Virus record (IMG/VR): IMGVR_UViG_3300048576_000035
Span: 1 to 44,308 of that record
From: a virus
Taxonomy: Duplodnaviria > Caudoviricetes
DNA: 44,308 bases
Direction: 5' to 3' (one strand)
Under the pieces are notes generated by a model. That model was not told the origin of the DNA and did no database searches. It saw only the letters and a program-made list of their open reading frames with translations. Made by a program: the position numbers and the translations under genes. The number at the start of each line of letters is the position of its first letter. The first letter of the stretch is position 1. Below, piece after piece: positions 8,345-17,390 of the stretch.

Positions 8345-9198
8345 ACGGAAAAAACATAAAGAAGGCGCTAAACTCCAAAATTGAGGATTGGTTAAAGTGT
8401 GTCGAGGATGCTGATATCGTAAAGGTGTTGCGCGAAAACATCATTATAACGGGTGGCGCCATAGTGTCCATGTTGCAAGGTGAGGAAGTTCACGATTACG
8501 ATGTATATTTCCGCACAAAAGAAGCCTGCGTAAAGATAGCGGGATACTATGCAGCCCTTTTCAACAAAACCCATTCGCAAGTTGTGACAATTACGGTTGA
8601 AGATGATAGGGTGCAATGCTTTATCCGAAGCGCAGGAGTTGCCGCAGACGAAGAGGAAAACGGAATCATCGACGAAACAGAGCCATATGTCGAAACACCA
8701 ACCATAAACGACGAAAAGCCCAAATACAGGCCCGTATTCTTCTCTACCAATGCAATATCACTATCAGACAAGATACAGCTTGTAATTCGGTTTTACGGTA
8801 CTCCGGAAGAAATACATAAGAATTACGATTTTGTCCATTGTACATGCTGGTACTCTTTCTTTGACAATACGCTTGAACTGCCGTCGATGGCTCTGGAAGC
8901 CATCATAAACAAAGAATTGTATTACACAGGCTCCCGGTATCCTGTCTGTTCGATAATCCGCACAAGGAAATTCATTTCTCGCGGATGGACAATCAACGCA
9001 GGGCAGTATCTCAAAATGTGTCTACAAGTCAGTGAATTGGATTTGAAAGATATGAAAACCTTCAAGGATCAGCTAGCTGGGGTGGACAGCGCATATTTTT
9101 CATCCGCAGTGGCACAGATCGAGAAAATGAAAGAGAAAGACCCTAATATCAACATCGACAATACATATCTGTTTGAAGTTATTAACCGGATATTCTAA
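8341..9198 (+). CDS. Nucleotidyltransferase-like protein (Pol-beta superfamily)
   Basis: IIITGGAIVSML...HDYDVYF (GG plus DxD) and later IQLV and YDFVHC. Confidence 0.65.
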   Translation: MNGKNIKKALNSKIEDWLKCVEDADIVKVLRENIIITGGAIVSMLQGEEVHDYDVYFRTKEACVKIAGYYAALFNKTHSQVVTITVEDDRVQCFIRSAGVAADEEENGIIDETEPYVETPTINDEKPKYRPVFFSTNAISLSDKIQLVIRFYGTPEEIHKNYDFVHCTCWYSFFDNTLELPSMALEAIINKELYYTGSRYPVCSIIRTRKFISRGWTINAGQYLKMCLQVSELDLKDMKTFKDQLAGVDSAYFSSAVAQIEKMKEKDPNINIDNTYLFEVINRIF

Positions 9199-9209
9199 GG
9201 AGGGCGCAT

Positions 9210-9881
9210 ATGAATAAATCAGAATCAATAAAGGGATTGGCAACGGCGCTTTGCGCCTTCCAGGGCGAAGTAAAAAACCCGCCAAAATCAGCAGATAACC
9301 CATTCTATAAATCCAAATATACAACACTTGACGTGCTTATAGATACGGCAAAGCCTTTGTTACAGAAAAACGGCTTGAGCTATCTGCAGTCTTCTTCCGG
9401 TGACGGCGAAAGAATATCTGTTACTACTTTGTTGATGCATAACTCGGGCGAGTGGATAGAATCTGATCCATTGGTTTTGAGAGCAGACAAAGCAACGGCG
9501 CAAGGTGCTGGAAGCGCCGTCACATATGCGAGACGATATGCGTTAGCTGCTGTTTTGGGTCTTGCTTCTGATGAGGACGATGATGGAAACGGAGCTGAAC
9601 CCAAAAAGGCTGAACCCAAAAAGCCAGAAGCCAAGCATGAAAACAAACCGAATTCATCCGCACAACCAAGCGACCTCGAAAAGCGTGCAACGGGTATCTA
9701 TTACGCCATGACCGGTACAAAAGAAGGGCAGCGCGGATGGGCTATAGAGAAATACAAAAGCTGGCTAAAACATTTCAAGGAGACAGGAAAGATAACAACT
9801 GAATACGGCAAAAAGTGGACACTTACAGATATTGAATTCCTTGAGGCTGAAATTAATGCATTAGAAGAATTGCCATTTTAG
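9210..9881 (+). CDS. ERF family single-strand annealing protein
   Basis: NPFYKSKY, LMHNSGEWIES, QGAGSAVTYARRYALAAVLGLASDEDDDGN. Confidence 0.9.
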   Translation: MNKSESIKGLATALCAFQGEVKNPPKSADNPFYKSKYTTLDVLIDTAKPLLQKNGLSYLQSSSGDGERISVTTLLMHNSGEWIESDPLVLRADKATAQGAGSAVTYARRYALAAVLGLASDEDDDGNGAEPKKAEPKKPEAKHENKPNSSAQPSDLEKRATGIYYAMTGTKEGQRGWAIEKYKSWLKHFKETGKITTEYGKKWTLTDIEFLEAEINALEELPF

Positions 9882-9883
9882 CC

Positions 9884-10213
9884 ATGAAGGTACAACAGTT
9901 TCCAAAACCTTGTTACAAAAGACAAAGGACTAAGACACAAAAGATAACCCTCCAATCCTCCAAGGTATGCTATGTCACCGGCCGGACAGACAGGCTCGAA
10001 GAGCATCACTGCCTATACGGTAAGAACAGACAGAAAGCGGATGATTACGGATTGACCGTCTGGCTCCGGCCGGAATGGCATACCGGGGAGCATGGAGTAC
10101 ACCACGGCAATACCGCACTGGACTTAGAACTAAAGCAGTTAGCGCAGATGGAATTTGAGAAGGTTTATGGTCACATGCGCTGGATGGATGAATTCGGGAG
10201 GTCCTATCTATGA
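9884..10213 (+). CDS. HNH-like small phage protein
   Basis: CYVTG...EEHH...GLTVWL..EWH. Confidence 0.6.
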   Translation: MKVQQFPKPCYKRQRTKTQKITLQSSKVCYVTGRTDRLEEHHCLYGKNRQKADDYGLTVWLRPEWHTGEHGVHHGNTALDLELKQLAQMEFEKVYGHMRWMDEFGRSYL

Positions 10214-10773
10214 AACTGATATCCAACATGATCCGGATGCAATATAACGAGGCCCAAAAACCGGAAATCATCCTCACCACCTCCGGCAACATCCGGAAGG
10301 AAGTCGAAGAGCTTAAGGCCATCGTCGCCTCCGGCAAACCACTGGCCGTTGAAATCAAGCAGCACCGCAAGCGGCGCAGTCTGGACGCAAATAGTTACCT
10401 ATGGGTTCTTTGTCAGAAAATCGCCGAGGTTATCAGAGCCACAAAAGAAGATGTTTACCGGAAAGCCATCCGGGAGGTCGGCCAGTTTGAAATAGTCCCG
10501 ATCAAGGCGGCGGCGGTTGACCGGTGGATCGAGGTCTGGAACAGCAAAGGCTTTGGCTGGTTCGCCGAAGATATGGAGGAAAGCAAACTCCCGGGGTACA
10601 AAAAGGTGATTTCATACTATGGGAGTAGCGTGTACGACACCAGGGAAATGGCGGTGCTTATCGATAACATTGTACAAGAGTGCAAGGAGCTTGGCATCGA
10701 AACCATGCCGCCGGCGGAGTTGGCCGCATTAAAAGACAATTGGGGAGCACAGATAAATAAAAGCAAAATGTGA
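10210..10773 (+). CDS. NinB/Orf-like recombination accessory protein
   Basis: RKRRSLDANSYLWVLCQKIA...GSSVYDTREMAVLID. Confidence 0.7.
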   Translation: MKLISNMIRMQYNEAQKPEIILTTSGNIRKEVEELKAIVASGKPLAVEIKQHRKRRSLDANSYLWVLCQKIAEVIRATKEDVYRKAIREVGQFEIVPIKAAAVDRWIEVWNSKGFGWFAEDMEESKLPGYKKVISYYGSSVYDTREMAVLIDNIVQECKELGIETMPPAELAALKDNWGAQINKSKM

Positions 10774-11471
10774 TGAGGCAGGTGAGGACACTGAAGGATG
10801 TATATTATTTTCCACATGACAGTAACGCCCACGGCGACGAAAAAATAAAGGTCATTCTGGCAAAATACGGAATGATAGGATATGGGCTGTACTGGATATT
10901 CATCGAAAGCATGCACGAACAGACGGACGGTAAGTTGACATGCGCACTGGTTGAGGGTGTGGCGTTTGGCTATAACGTAGATATAACAGAGTTAAAACAG
11001 TTTTATAACGACGCGATAGCAATAGGTTTGTTTGTCACTGACGGGGAAAAGTACTGGAGTGAAAGGGTACTGCGCAACAAGCATGAATTCGATGAAAAGA
11101 GGATCAAGAAGTCACTTGCCGGTATCAAGGGAATGCGGTCACGGTGGGGCTCCAAGGATTCAGAGAAACAGTGTAATAACGATGATATATCAGAACATAA
11201 CAAAGGAAAGGAAATAAAAGAAAAGAAAAATAATATATATAGTGCTCGTTTCACTCCGCCTACCGTTGAAGAAATAAAAACATACTGTTCAGAACGCCAC
11301 AATTCCGTTGATCCGCAAAAATGGTACGATCACTACACATCAAACGGGTGGATGGTCGGGAAAAACAAAATGAAGGACTGGAAAGCAGCAGTCCGCACAT
11401 GGGAGAGTACCGACCAAAGATCACCGCCTTCAAAATACCGCGATATGACAAAATACGAACCAGGAGAGTGA
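10770..11471 (+). CDS. Replication initiator (DUF4373-like N-terminus)
   Basis: YFPHDSNA..DEK..GYGLYW; C-terminal FTPPTVEEI...MKDWKAAVRTWE; upstream of DnaB. Confidence 0.8.
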   Translation: MMRQVRTLKDVYYFPHDSNAHGDEKIKVILAKYGMIGYGLYWIFIESMHEQTDGKLTCALVEGVAFGYNVDITELKQFYNDAIAIGLFVTDGEKYWSERVLRNKHEFDEKRIKKSLAGIKGMRSRWGSKDSEKQCNNDDISEHNKGKEIKEKKNNIYSARFTPPTVEEIKTYCSERHNSVDPQKWYDHYTSNGWMVGKNKMKDWKAAVRTWESTDQRSPPSKYRDMTKYEPGE

Positions 11472-11475
11472 TTAT

Positions 11476-12738
11476 ATGCTGCCACATAATCCAGAGATAG
11501 AAAAAAGCGTACTTGGATGCCTGCTGATGGGCAAAAGGGATTACATCCTAAAGCTTTCCGTAAATGATTTCATAAATGAATCCCATCAGAAAATTTTTAA
11601 AACAGTTTATGGGCTTTACATGCAGAATGCGGCCATAGACGAAATCACCGTCTCAGATGCATTGAATATTGATAACGCACTTGAAACAGTAATAAACCTT
11701 GAAAGCTACGTTGCTACGCCGGAGAATGTTACGCATTATATCAATACTCTAAAAACCTATACAATGCGCCGGGAGATTATTAAAGCATCAATAAAGGCCA
11801 GGGAGATTGCTGAGAGCGACAAATATGAAGGAGCTTCGGAACTCAAGTCCGATGTGTTACAGGCATTCGACATCGAAGTACATACCACAAACAAGGCCGA
11901 CAACAGTTTATCAGCCATTATTCCGGCAGTTATGACGGATATCGATAATAAATACAACGCAACTGATGAGGACAGGCTTTTTACAGGATTTTACGATCTG
12001 GACAGGATAACAGCAGGGTTGCATCCCGAGGAGCTTACGATTGTTGCTGCAAGGCCTGGTGTTGGAAAGACGGCGTACGCTATACAGATGATGCTGAACA
12101 TGGCGAAGAAAGGCTGCAAGTCCCTATTTGTATCCCGCGAAATGTCTCAAATGCAGATAGCCAAAAGGATCCTTTCAAACATCGCGGTTGTAGACGGACA
12201 GAAGCTCAGATTCTGCAAAAGCCTAACGGACACTGATTGGCAGAAACTCAGCAGTTCACTGGATGATCTCGGCAGAATGGCGATAGAACTGAACGATAAA
12301 CTGGCATCCATTCAGGAAATACGGGCCTACTGCCGGGAGTTGAAAAACAAGAACGCGCTTGATGTACTGATAGTTGATTACCTCCAACTATGCCGGAGTA
12401 GCAAGAAAGCTGAGAGCCGCAGGCAGGAAATTGAAGAGATATCCAGACAGCTCAAAGAAATTTCACTGGAATTTTCCATTCCAGTCATAGCTCTCAGCCA
12501 ATTATCAAGGGAAGGCTCGAAGGCTGGACGAGAACCCGAGCTTCATGATCTAAGAGAATCAGGAAGCATCGAGCAGGACGCCGACAATGTAATTTTTCTT
12601 CATGTGCCAAAGGACACGGATGAAACAGCCGGAAGCTTTGACATAAAGGTCATCGTTGCAAAGCAAAGGAACGGCCCGACGGGTTACATTTACCTAAGAT
12701 ATTTCAGAAACACCTTCAAGCTATGTAATTTGAGGTAG
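11476..12738 (+). CDS. dnaB: DnaB-like replicative helicase
   Basis: AARPGVGKT, IVDYLQL, ALSQLSR, DLRESGSIEQDAD, KQRNGPTG. Confidence 0.95.
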   Translation: MLPHNPEIEKSVLGCLLMGKRDYILKLSVNDFINESHQKIFKTVYGLYMQNAAIDEITVSDALNIDNALETVINLESYVATPENVTHYINTLKTYTMRREIIKASIKAREIAESDKYEGASELKSDVLQAFDIEVHTTNKADNSLSAIIPAVMTDIDNKYNATDEDRLFTGFYDLDRITAGLHPEELTIVAARPGVGKTAYAIQMMLNMAKKGCKSLFVSREMSQMQIAKRILSNIAVVDGQKLRFCKSLTDTDWQKLSSSLDDLGRMAIELNDKLASIQEIRAYCRELKNKNALDVLIVDYLQLCRSSKKAESRRQEIEEISRQLKEISLEFSIPVIALSQLSREGSKAGREPELHDLRESGSIEQDADNVIFLHVPKDTDETAGSFDIKVIVAKQRNGPTGYIYLRYFRNTFKLCNLR

Positions 12739-12743
12739 TGCAT

Positions 12744-12857
12744 ATGATTATAATTACGCCGCAAATTCTTAAATCAGCAACCGGTGCACAGAAATGCAGA
12801 ATCATGAAAATGATTATACGCGGGGAAGCGAAATACGACGCAACGGAGGCAATCTGA
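12744..12857 (+). CDS. 37-aa hypothetical protein
   Basis: GAGGT RBS; fills the gap between dnaB and the next gene. Confidence 0.4.
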   Translation: MIIITPQILKSATGAQKCRIMKMIIRGEAKYDATEAI

Positions 12858-12858
12858 C

Positions 12859-13320
12859 ATGAAGAAGAAAAAGAAACCGGTTATTCTCACAATAGAGCAG
12901 AAAGCAAATATACCAATCCTCCGAGAACAAGGGTTAAAACTCAGGGAGATTGCTAAAATGTACGGTTGCGGTACGAGCGCGGTAAGCTTCCACTGCAAGG
13001 TCGAGAATGTCCGCAACACAACACGGAATATAAAAGAACCGACCGTACACATACCATATGACAATCCATCGTATGCCGTAAGCAAGGCCACTCTTAACCG
13101 CACGATTGACCTAAACAAACAGACACAGGACAGGCTAAGAGATATTGAGCCCGGGAAGACAATCGCGCTGGAACGAAATGAGGGCAGAAGGCTGGAGCGC
13201 ATCGCAGGAACCGTAATAGACAAGTACCCGGGAAACAAGGTCCTGATTAAGAATGAGCAGGGTTTTCGCGAAATGATAACATTCGCTGATCTATTAACAA
13301 TGAGGGTGAGTGTGGGGTAA
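12859..13320 (+). CDS. HTH-containing hypothetical protein
   Basis: LREQGLKLREIAKMYGCGTSAVS helix-turn-helix pattern. Confidence 0.65.
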   Translation: MKKKKKPVILTIEQKANIPILREQGLKLREIAKMYGCGTSAVSFHCKVENVRNTTRNIKEPTVHIPYDNPSYAVSKATLNRTIDLNKQTQDRLRDIEPGKTIALERNEGRRLERIAGTVIDKYPGNKVLIKNEQGFREMITFADLLTMRVSVG

Positions 13321-13333
13321 AGAAGGTGGATAA

Positions 13334-14446
13334 ATGAACGATTATGAAATAGTTACACTTTATAAGCAAGGCGTTGGAATACAGGAGTTAACAGCTTCCG
13401 AGTACTCATTAGCCAGGTCAAATAAAGAAAAAATTACAAAGCATGACGCGCAAAAAAAAGTGGATAATGTGAATTTCAATGGGGGTGACATTACGTTAAC
13501 AGAACTTGTAATAAATGACCGATCAGAGATTGTTGAAATATATAAACCGGATAACTCTATTGATTTACTCCAGGAATTTGAGCCGATGGCACTCCAGCTT
13601 GATCCGGATGGATATTATGTTTTGTATTCAGGAGGCAAAGACAGCGAGGCAGCATTAGAAGTTGCAAAACAAGCAAAAGTAAGGTTTTCGGCACATTATC
13701 AGATTACCGGGATAGATCCGCCCGAAGTTACAGTGCACATTAAGGAAACACGTAAAAGGTTAGAAGCTGAAGGAATCAAATTGTATATGCACCCACCGGA
13801 TATTTTTACATCCGGGCCATACAAAGGCTTAAAAAAGAACATGTGGCGGTTGATTGTAACAAAGATGTTTCCACCCACTAGGATATGCCGGTATTGTTGC
13901 GATCACCTGAAAGAACGCGGAGGGAAAGGCAAGCTATGTGTTACCGGTGTTAGGTGGGAAGAAAGCCCGAGGCGGAAAAACAGTCAAAACGCAATTGTGA
14001 TATTCAATAAAAGCAAATCAGGGCAGAGGTTATTTAATGACAATGACGAAGGGCGGAGACAGTTTGAAAACTGCATGCAGAAAGGTAAACGGATCATAAA
14101 TCCCATAATAAACTGGTCAACAGCGGATGTATGGGAGTTTATACGAGAATATGGAATACCATATTGCATGCTTTATGATACCGGATGTAAGCGGATCGGG
14201 TGTGTTGGTTGTCCTATAGGAAGTATTGAGAGCCAAGAACAGGATTTTATCAGATATCCACATATCAAACAGCTTTACCTTAACGCTTTCGCTGTAATGC
14301 TTGAATACCGGAACAGCAGAGGCAAGGAGACGTTCTGGAAAACCCCGGAAGAAGTACTTGAATGGCAAATGTATGCAACCGAAAAAGAACAACAGGAATT
14401 CATCGAAGGACAGGTCGACATAAGCGAGTTAGAAGATGAAACGTGA
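13334..14446 (+). CDS. PAPS reductase family (PP-loop) protein
   Basis: YSGGKDS, RYCCDHLKE, TGVRWEESPRR, NPIINWS, RIGCVGCP. Confidence 0.88.
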   Translation: MNDYEIVTLYKQGVGIQELTASEYSLARSNKEKITKHDAQKKVDNVNFNGGDITLTELVINDRSEIVEIYKPDNSIDLLQEFEPMALQLDPDGYYVLYSGGKDSEAALEVAKQAKVRFSAHYQITGIDPPEVTVHIKETRKRLEAEGIKLYMHPPDIFTSGPYKGLKKNMWRLIVTKMFPPTRICRYCCDHLKERGGKGKLCVTGVRWEESPRRKNSQNAIVIFNKSKSGQRLFNDNDEGRRQFENCMQKGKRIINPIINWSTADVWEFIREYGIPYCMLYDTGCKRIGCVGCPIGSIESQEQDFIRYPHIKQLYLNAFAVMLEYRNSRGKETFWKTPEEVLEWQMYATEKEQQEFIEGQVDISELEDET

Positions 14447-14801
14447 TTGCAGAATAGCAGGAAGAGGTGAGCTAAGAATGGATGCCAATAAAGCAATAAA
14501 TGTGATTTTATCTACTCCTAAAACAGTCATAGATTCGATTGATATTGATTTAAGGGAGAGGTTGATTGCAAGGCTAACTAAGAATATTGCAGTTAAATCG
14601 CTTAATGATATTGCAGATGAAATTTCAAACATTTTAAAGAAAAATGCAGTATCGTGTGAATTTTACACAAACGAAAACGGTAGTTGCGTCTTAGGATTCC
14701 GTAGACAGGTTGGCAATAGAATTGAAAGATTTATGCCAATAGAGAAAGAAAACGGAGTATTTTCGAATTCAGAATTTACTATAACGGAAGAAATAGTCTG
14801 A
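14436..14801 (+). CDS. Hypothetical protein (start may be 14478)
   Basis: ORF in operon; GAGGTGA RBS before the internal ATG. Confidence 0.55.
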   Translation: MKRDCRIAGRGELRMDANKAINVILSTPKTVIDSIDIDLRERLIARLTKNIAVKSLNDIADEISNILKKNAVSCEFYTNENGSCVLGFRRQVGNRIERFMPIEKENGVFSNSEFTITEEIV

Positions 14802-14844
14802 TTCAACAAAGGCGGACACTGTGAAGTGAAAGGTTGAGGAAATT

Positions 14845-15138
14845 ATGAAAGCAAATAAAAAAACTTTGATGGCATTTAAGGCGTTTTTGGAAAACGATTC
14901 CTGCACCGATGTGGATGAGCTTATTGATGATTTATGTCATGAAACCAATATGCTGAAACTAGCAGAAATGGGAGACATGACGCTTGCTTCGGACGAATGT
15001 GGAGTTGAATGGGATTCAAAAACAATATGCACTTTATATGAGTTTCTTGAGAAGTTTATTGAAGTGTATACCGCAAAATTATGCAATGCTCTTGACTCGT
15101 TTAGCGGAGAAGATATTGACGCTTATCTCGAAGAGTAA
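14845..15138 (+). CDS. Acidic hypothetical protein
   Basis: GAGGA RBS, operon position. Confidence 0.6.
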   Translation: MKANKKTLMAFKAFLENDSCTDVDELIDDLCHETNMLKLAEMGDMTLASDECGVEWDSKTICTLYEFLEKFIEVYTAKLCNALDSFSGEDIDAYLEE

Positions 15139-15181
15139 TTGCGCAATAGGAAAAGTAGTCGAACTTTAAGAGAGGTCAATT

Positions 15182-15937
15182 ATGTTAACACATTTCAGTT
15201 TATTCAGCGGAATTGGTGGCCTCGATCTGGCGGCAGAATGGGCTGGATTTACTACAATAGGTCAATGTGAATGGGCTGAATACCCTACCAGAATCCTGGA
15301 AAAGCACTGGCCTGATGTACCAAGATGGAGGGATATACACGATGTTACAGCAAAAGATTGCTACGATAAAGGAATACGAACAGTTAACATTATTTCCGGT
15401 GGCGATCCATGCCAGCCTCACAGCCTCGCCGGGAATCGAAGTAAGAAGCCAAGAGGAAAAGAAGATGAAAGGTATTTATGGCCTGAATTCTTCAGAATCG
15501 TCACAGAATTACAGTCGGATTGGGTTGTTAACGAAAATGTTGCTGGAAGCCTATCCAACGGAACCGTTGATCAAAAAATATTCGACCTGGAGTCAGTTGG
15601 TTACTCCGTTGCACCACCGATTGTCATACCGGCTTGTAGTGTCCAAGCGTTATTTCAAGGATATAGGGTTTTCATTATTGCCACGTCCGAGCGGAACAAG
15701 CACGGGCCGGAATGGGAAAAAGAATCATGTAGTCGGTCGGTTGGACGAATGGGGCGGTTCTTCAAATCCGTTCCGTGGAACAGAGATTGGGAAAGTACGT
15801 TGCGCGAGCTTCGAAGAATGGATGATGGGCTTTCCTATCGGGTGGACAGAACTGACACGCTCAGAAACGCCGTAAATCCATACCATGCATATCCAATTTT
15901 TAAAGCTATACATAATATTGAGTGCGGACCATATTAG
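15182..15937 (+). CDS. DNA cytosine-C5 methyltransferase, alpha chain lacking motif IX
   Basis: FSGIGG (I), GGDPCQPHS (IV), ENV (VI), RVFIIA (VIII), NAVNP (X). Confidence 0.88.
   Translation: MLTHFSLFSGIGGLDLAAEWAGFTTIGQCEWAEYPTRILEKHWPDVPRWRDIHDVTAKDCYDKGIRTVNIISGGDPCQPHSLAGNRSKKPRGKEDERYLWPEFFRIVTELQSDWVVNENVAGSLSNGTVDQKIFDLESVGYSVAPPIVIPACSVQALFQGYRVFIIATSERNKHGPEWEKESCSRSVGRMGRFFKSVPWNRDWESTLRELRRMDDGLSYRVDRTDTLRNAVNPYHAYPIFKAIHNIECGPY
15342..15875 (+). CDS. Nested alternative-frame ORF, putative methyltransferase beta chain carrying motif IX
   Basis: Open frame 15267-15875; internal GGAGG (15327-15331) before ATG 15342; ends FEEWMMGFPIGWTEL. Confidence 0.7.
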   Translation: MLQQKIATIKEYEQLTLFPVAIHASLTASPGIEVRSQEEKKMKGIYGLNSSESSQNYSRIGLLTKMLLEAYPTEPLIKKYSTWSQLVTPLHHRLSYRLVVSKRYFKDIGFSLLPRPSGTSTGRNGKKNHVVGRLDEWGGSSNPFRGTEIGKVRCASFEEWMMGFPIGWTELTRSETP

Positions 15938-15967
15938 GTTCGTAATAAAAGGATTGGAGGGATTGAA

Positions 15968-16078
15968 ATGGTTGGAAGTATTAAGACCACGAAAACTGTT
16001 ACGTTTACTTGCTGTGTGTGCAAAATGAAACTTGAAATTGATACCAATCTAGGGAGTGGAACCATTAGCTACCGGTAA
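15968..16078 (+). CDS. 36-aa hypothetical protein with CxxC
   Basis: GGAGGG RBS; FTCCVCK. Confidence 0.4.
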   Translation: MVGSIKTTKTVTFTCCVCKMKLEIDTNLGSGTISYR

Positions 16079-16108
16079 TACGGTAGCTAGCATAAGGAGG
16101 CAAGAAGG

Positions 16109-16495
16109 ATGATAAAACTTGTAATACCAGGAACACCGCCAAGCCTTAACCAGTGGAGCCGTATGCATTGGTCAAGGGCTGCTAGGATAAAAAAGCAGTG
16201 GGAGAATGATATATTATACGTGTTCTTGTCCTGTAAAGCAAAAGGCGCTTTTCCACAGCAAAAGGCACAGATAAAGGTTACATACTTCTTTGCAACAAAC
16301 CGCCGCCGGGATGCGGACAATCTAAATCTTAAATTTATATTGGACGGCATAGTTAAGGCTGGGATTATACAGGACGACAGCACAAAGGTAATAGGACAAC
16401 CTGTAACGGCGTGGGAAGTGGACAAGCATGATCCAAGGGTGGAGATAGAGATATCAGAGAGCAGTTTGTTGGCAGATCAGCCGTTTGTGGATTAA
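16109..16495 (+). CDS. RusA-like Holliday junction resolvase
   Basis: PPSLNQW, RRRDADNL..KFILDGIVKAGIIQDDS, PRVEIEI. Confidence 0.8.
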   Translation: MIKLVIPGTPPSLNQWSRMHWSRAARIKKQWENDILYVFLSCKAKGAFPQQKAQIKVTYFFATNRRRDADNLNLKFILDGIVKAGIIQDDSTKVIGQPVTAWEVDKHDPRVEIEISESSLLADQPFVD

Positions 16496-16496
16496 A

Positions 16497-16512
16497 GGGG
16501 GGGGGGGGGGGG
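16497..16512 (+). repeat. G16 homopolymer at the RBS position of the late activator
   Basis: 16 consecutive G between the RusA stop and ATG 16521. Confidence 0.85.
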
Positions 16513-16520
16513 ATAAGCTT

Positions 16521-17117
16521 ATGGATATAGAAAAAGCACTAAAGAACTATAAAAAGCGGAAATCTATCGTTGAAACAATTGAAATTAGGATAGGAGCCTA
16601 TGAACGTATGCTTGTAGAGTTTGACGATGAAACATTCCAGATTGCTGATCCGTGTGAGCCTGGAATGCCAAGATCGCCAAACAGGAGCGGATCGCCGACA
16701 GAACGGGCGGTAATGATAATGGAATGCAGCCGGGAAGAAGTAAAGGAACTTATCAAGGCGGACCGGTCCAGACTGTTCTGGCCCAAGTTGGAGATTGAGC
16801 AGATAGAAAAGGCGATGGAAGGGCTTACGACGTGGGAAAAGTATATTGTTGGAATAAAGTACTTTGATGGGATGAGTTGGCGAAATATTGAGATAAGCTT
16901 TAATAGACAATTCCCGCAAAAAAACGATATCACGGAGGAACGACTAAGACAAATCAACAGGGAGGCGTTGGGCAAACTGTCCGAAATATTGACTCCGTTC
17001 TATGTGCAATATGAGTCCATGCTAAAGTTACCAGAAAATTACCGCAAAATTACCAGAAAACTACCTGTTTCACGCAATTCAAAGGTGTATACTTATACCA
17101 TGGATAAAAGTGATTGA
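16521..17117 (+). CDS. Late transcription activator (ArpU/RinA, sigma region 4-like)
   Basis: IEKAMEGLTTWEKYIVGIKYFDGMSWRNI; last early gene before packaging. Confidence 0.75.
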   Translation: MDIEKALKNYKKRKSIVETIEIRIGAYERMLVEFDDETFQIADPCEPGMPRSPNRSGSPTERAVMIMECSREEVKELIKADRSRLFWPKLEIEQIEKAMEGLTTWEKYIVGIKYFDGMSWRNIEISFNRQFPQKNDITEERLRQINREALGKLSEILTPFYVQYESMLKLPENYRKITRKLPVSRNSKVYTYTMDKSD

Positions 17118-17390
17118 CCTCACAAATATATTGATCCTCCTATATAAGAGCCTCGGCGATTGTACGGGGCTTTAGCTTTGTAATAATTTTTGGTGTGTTG
17201 TTTACGGGTACACCCATAAACAGCGGGTAATATCTCAAAATTGCAGGGTGGGGCATTGAGATGAATATTGAAATACTCAAAGTGGCATGGACCGCATTTA
17301 AAACAGCTTTATAACGCTGACTACACAACATAGGATCATATCGGAAACGCGCTTACCAGATTGTCTATGTTAAAGAGCAGGTGATGTATT

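Noticed and set aside
10970-11230. ATAAC repeats and an A-rich tract in the initiator as a replication origin
   Set aside because: Plausible by position, but the repeats are too short and irregular to call
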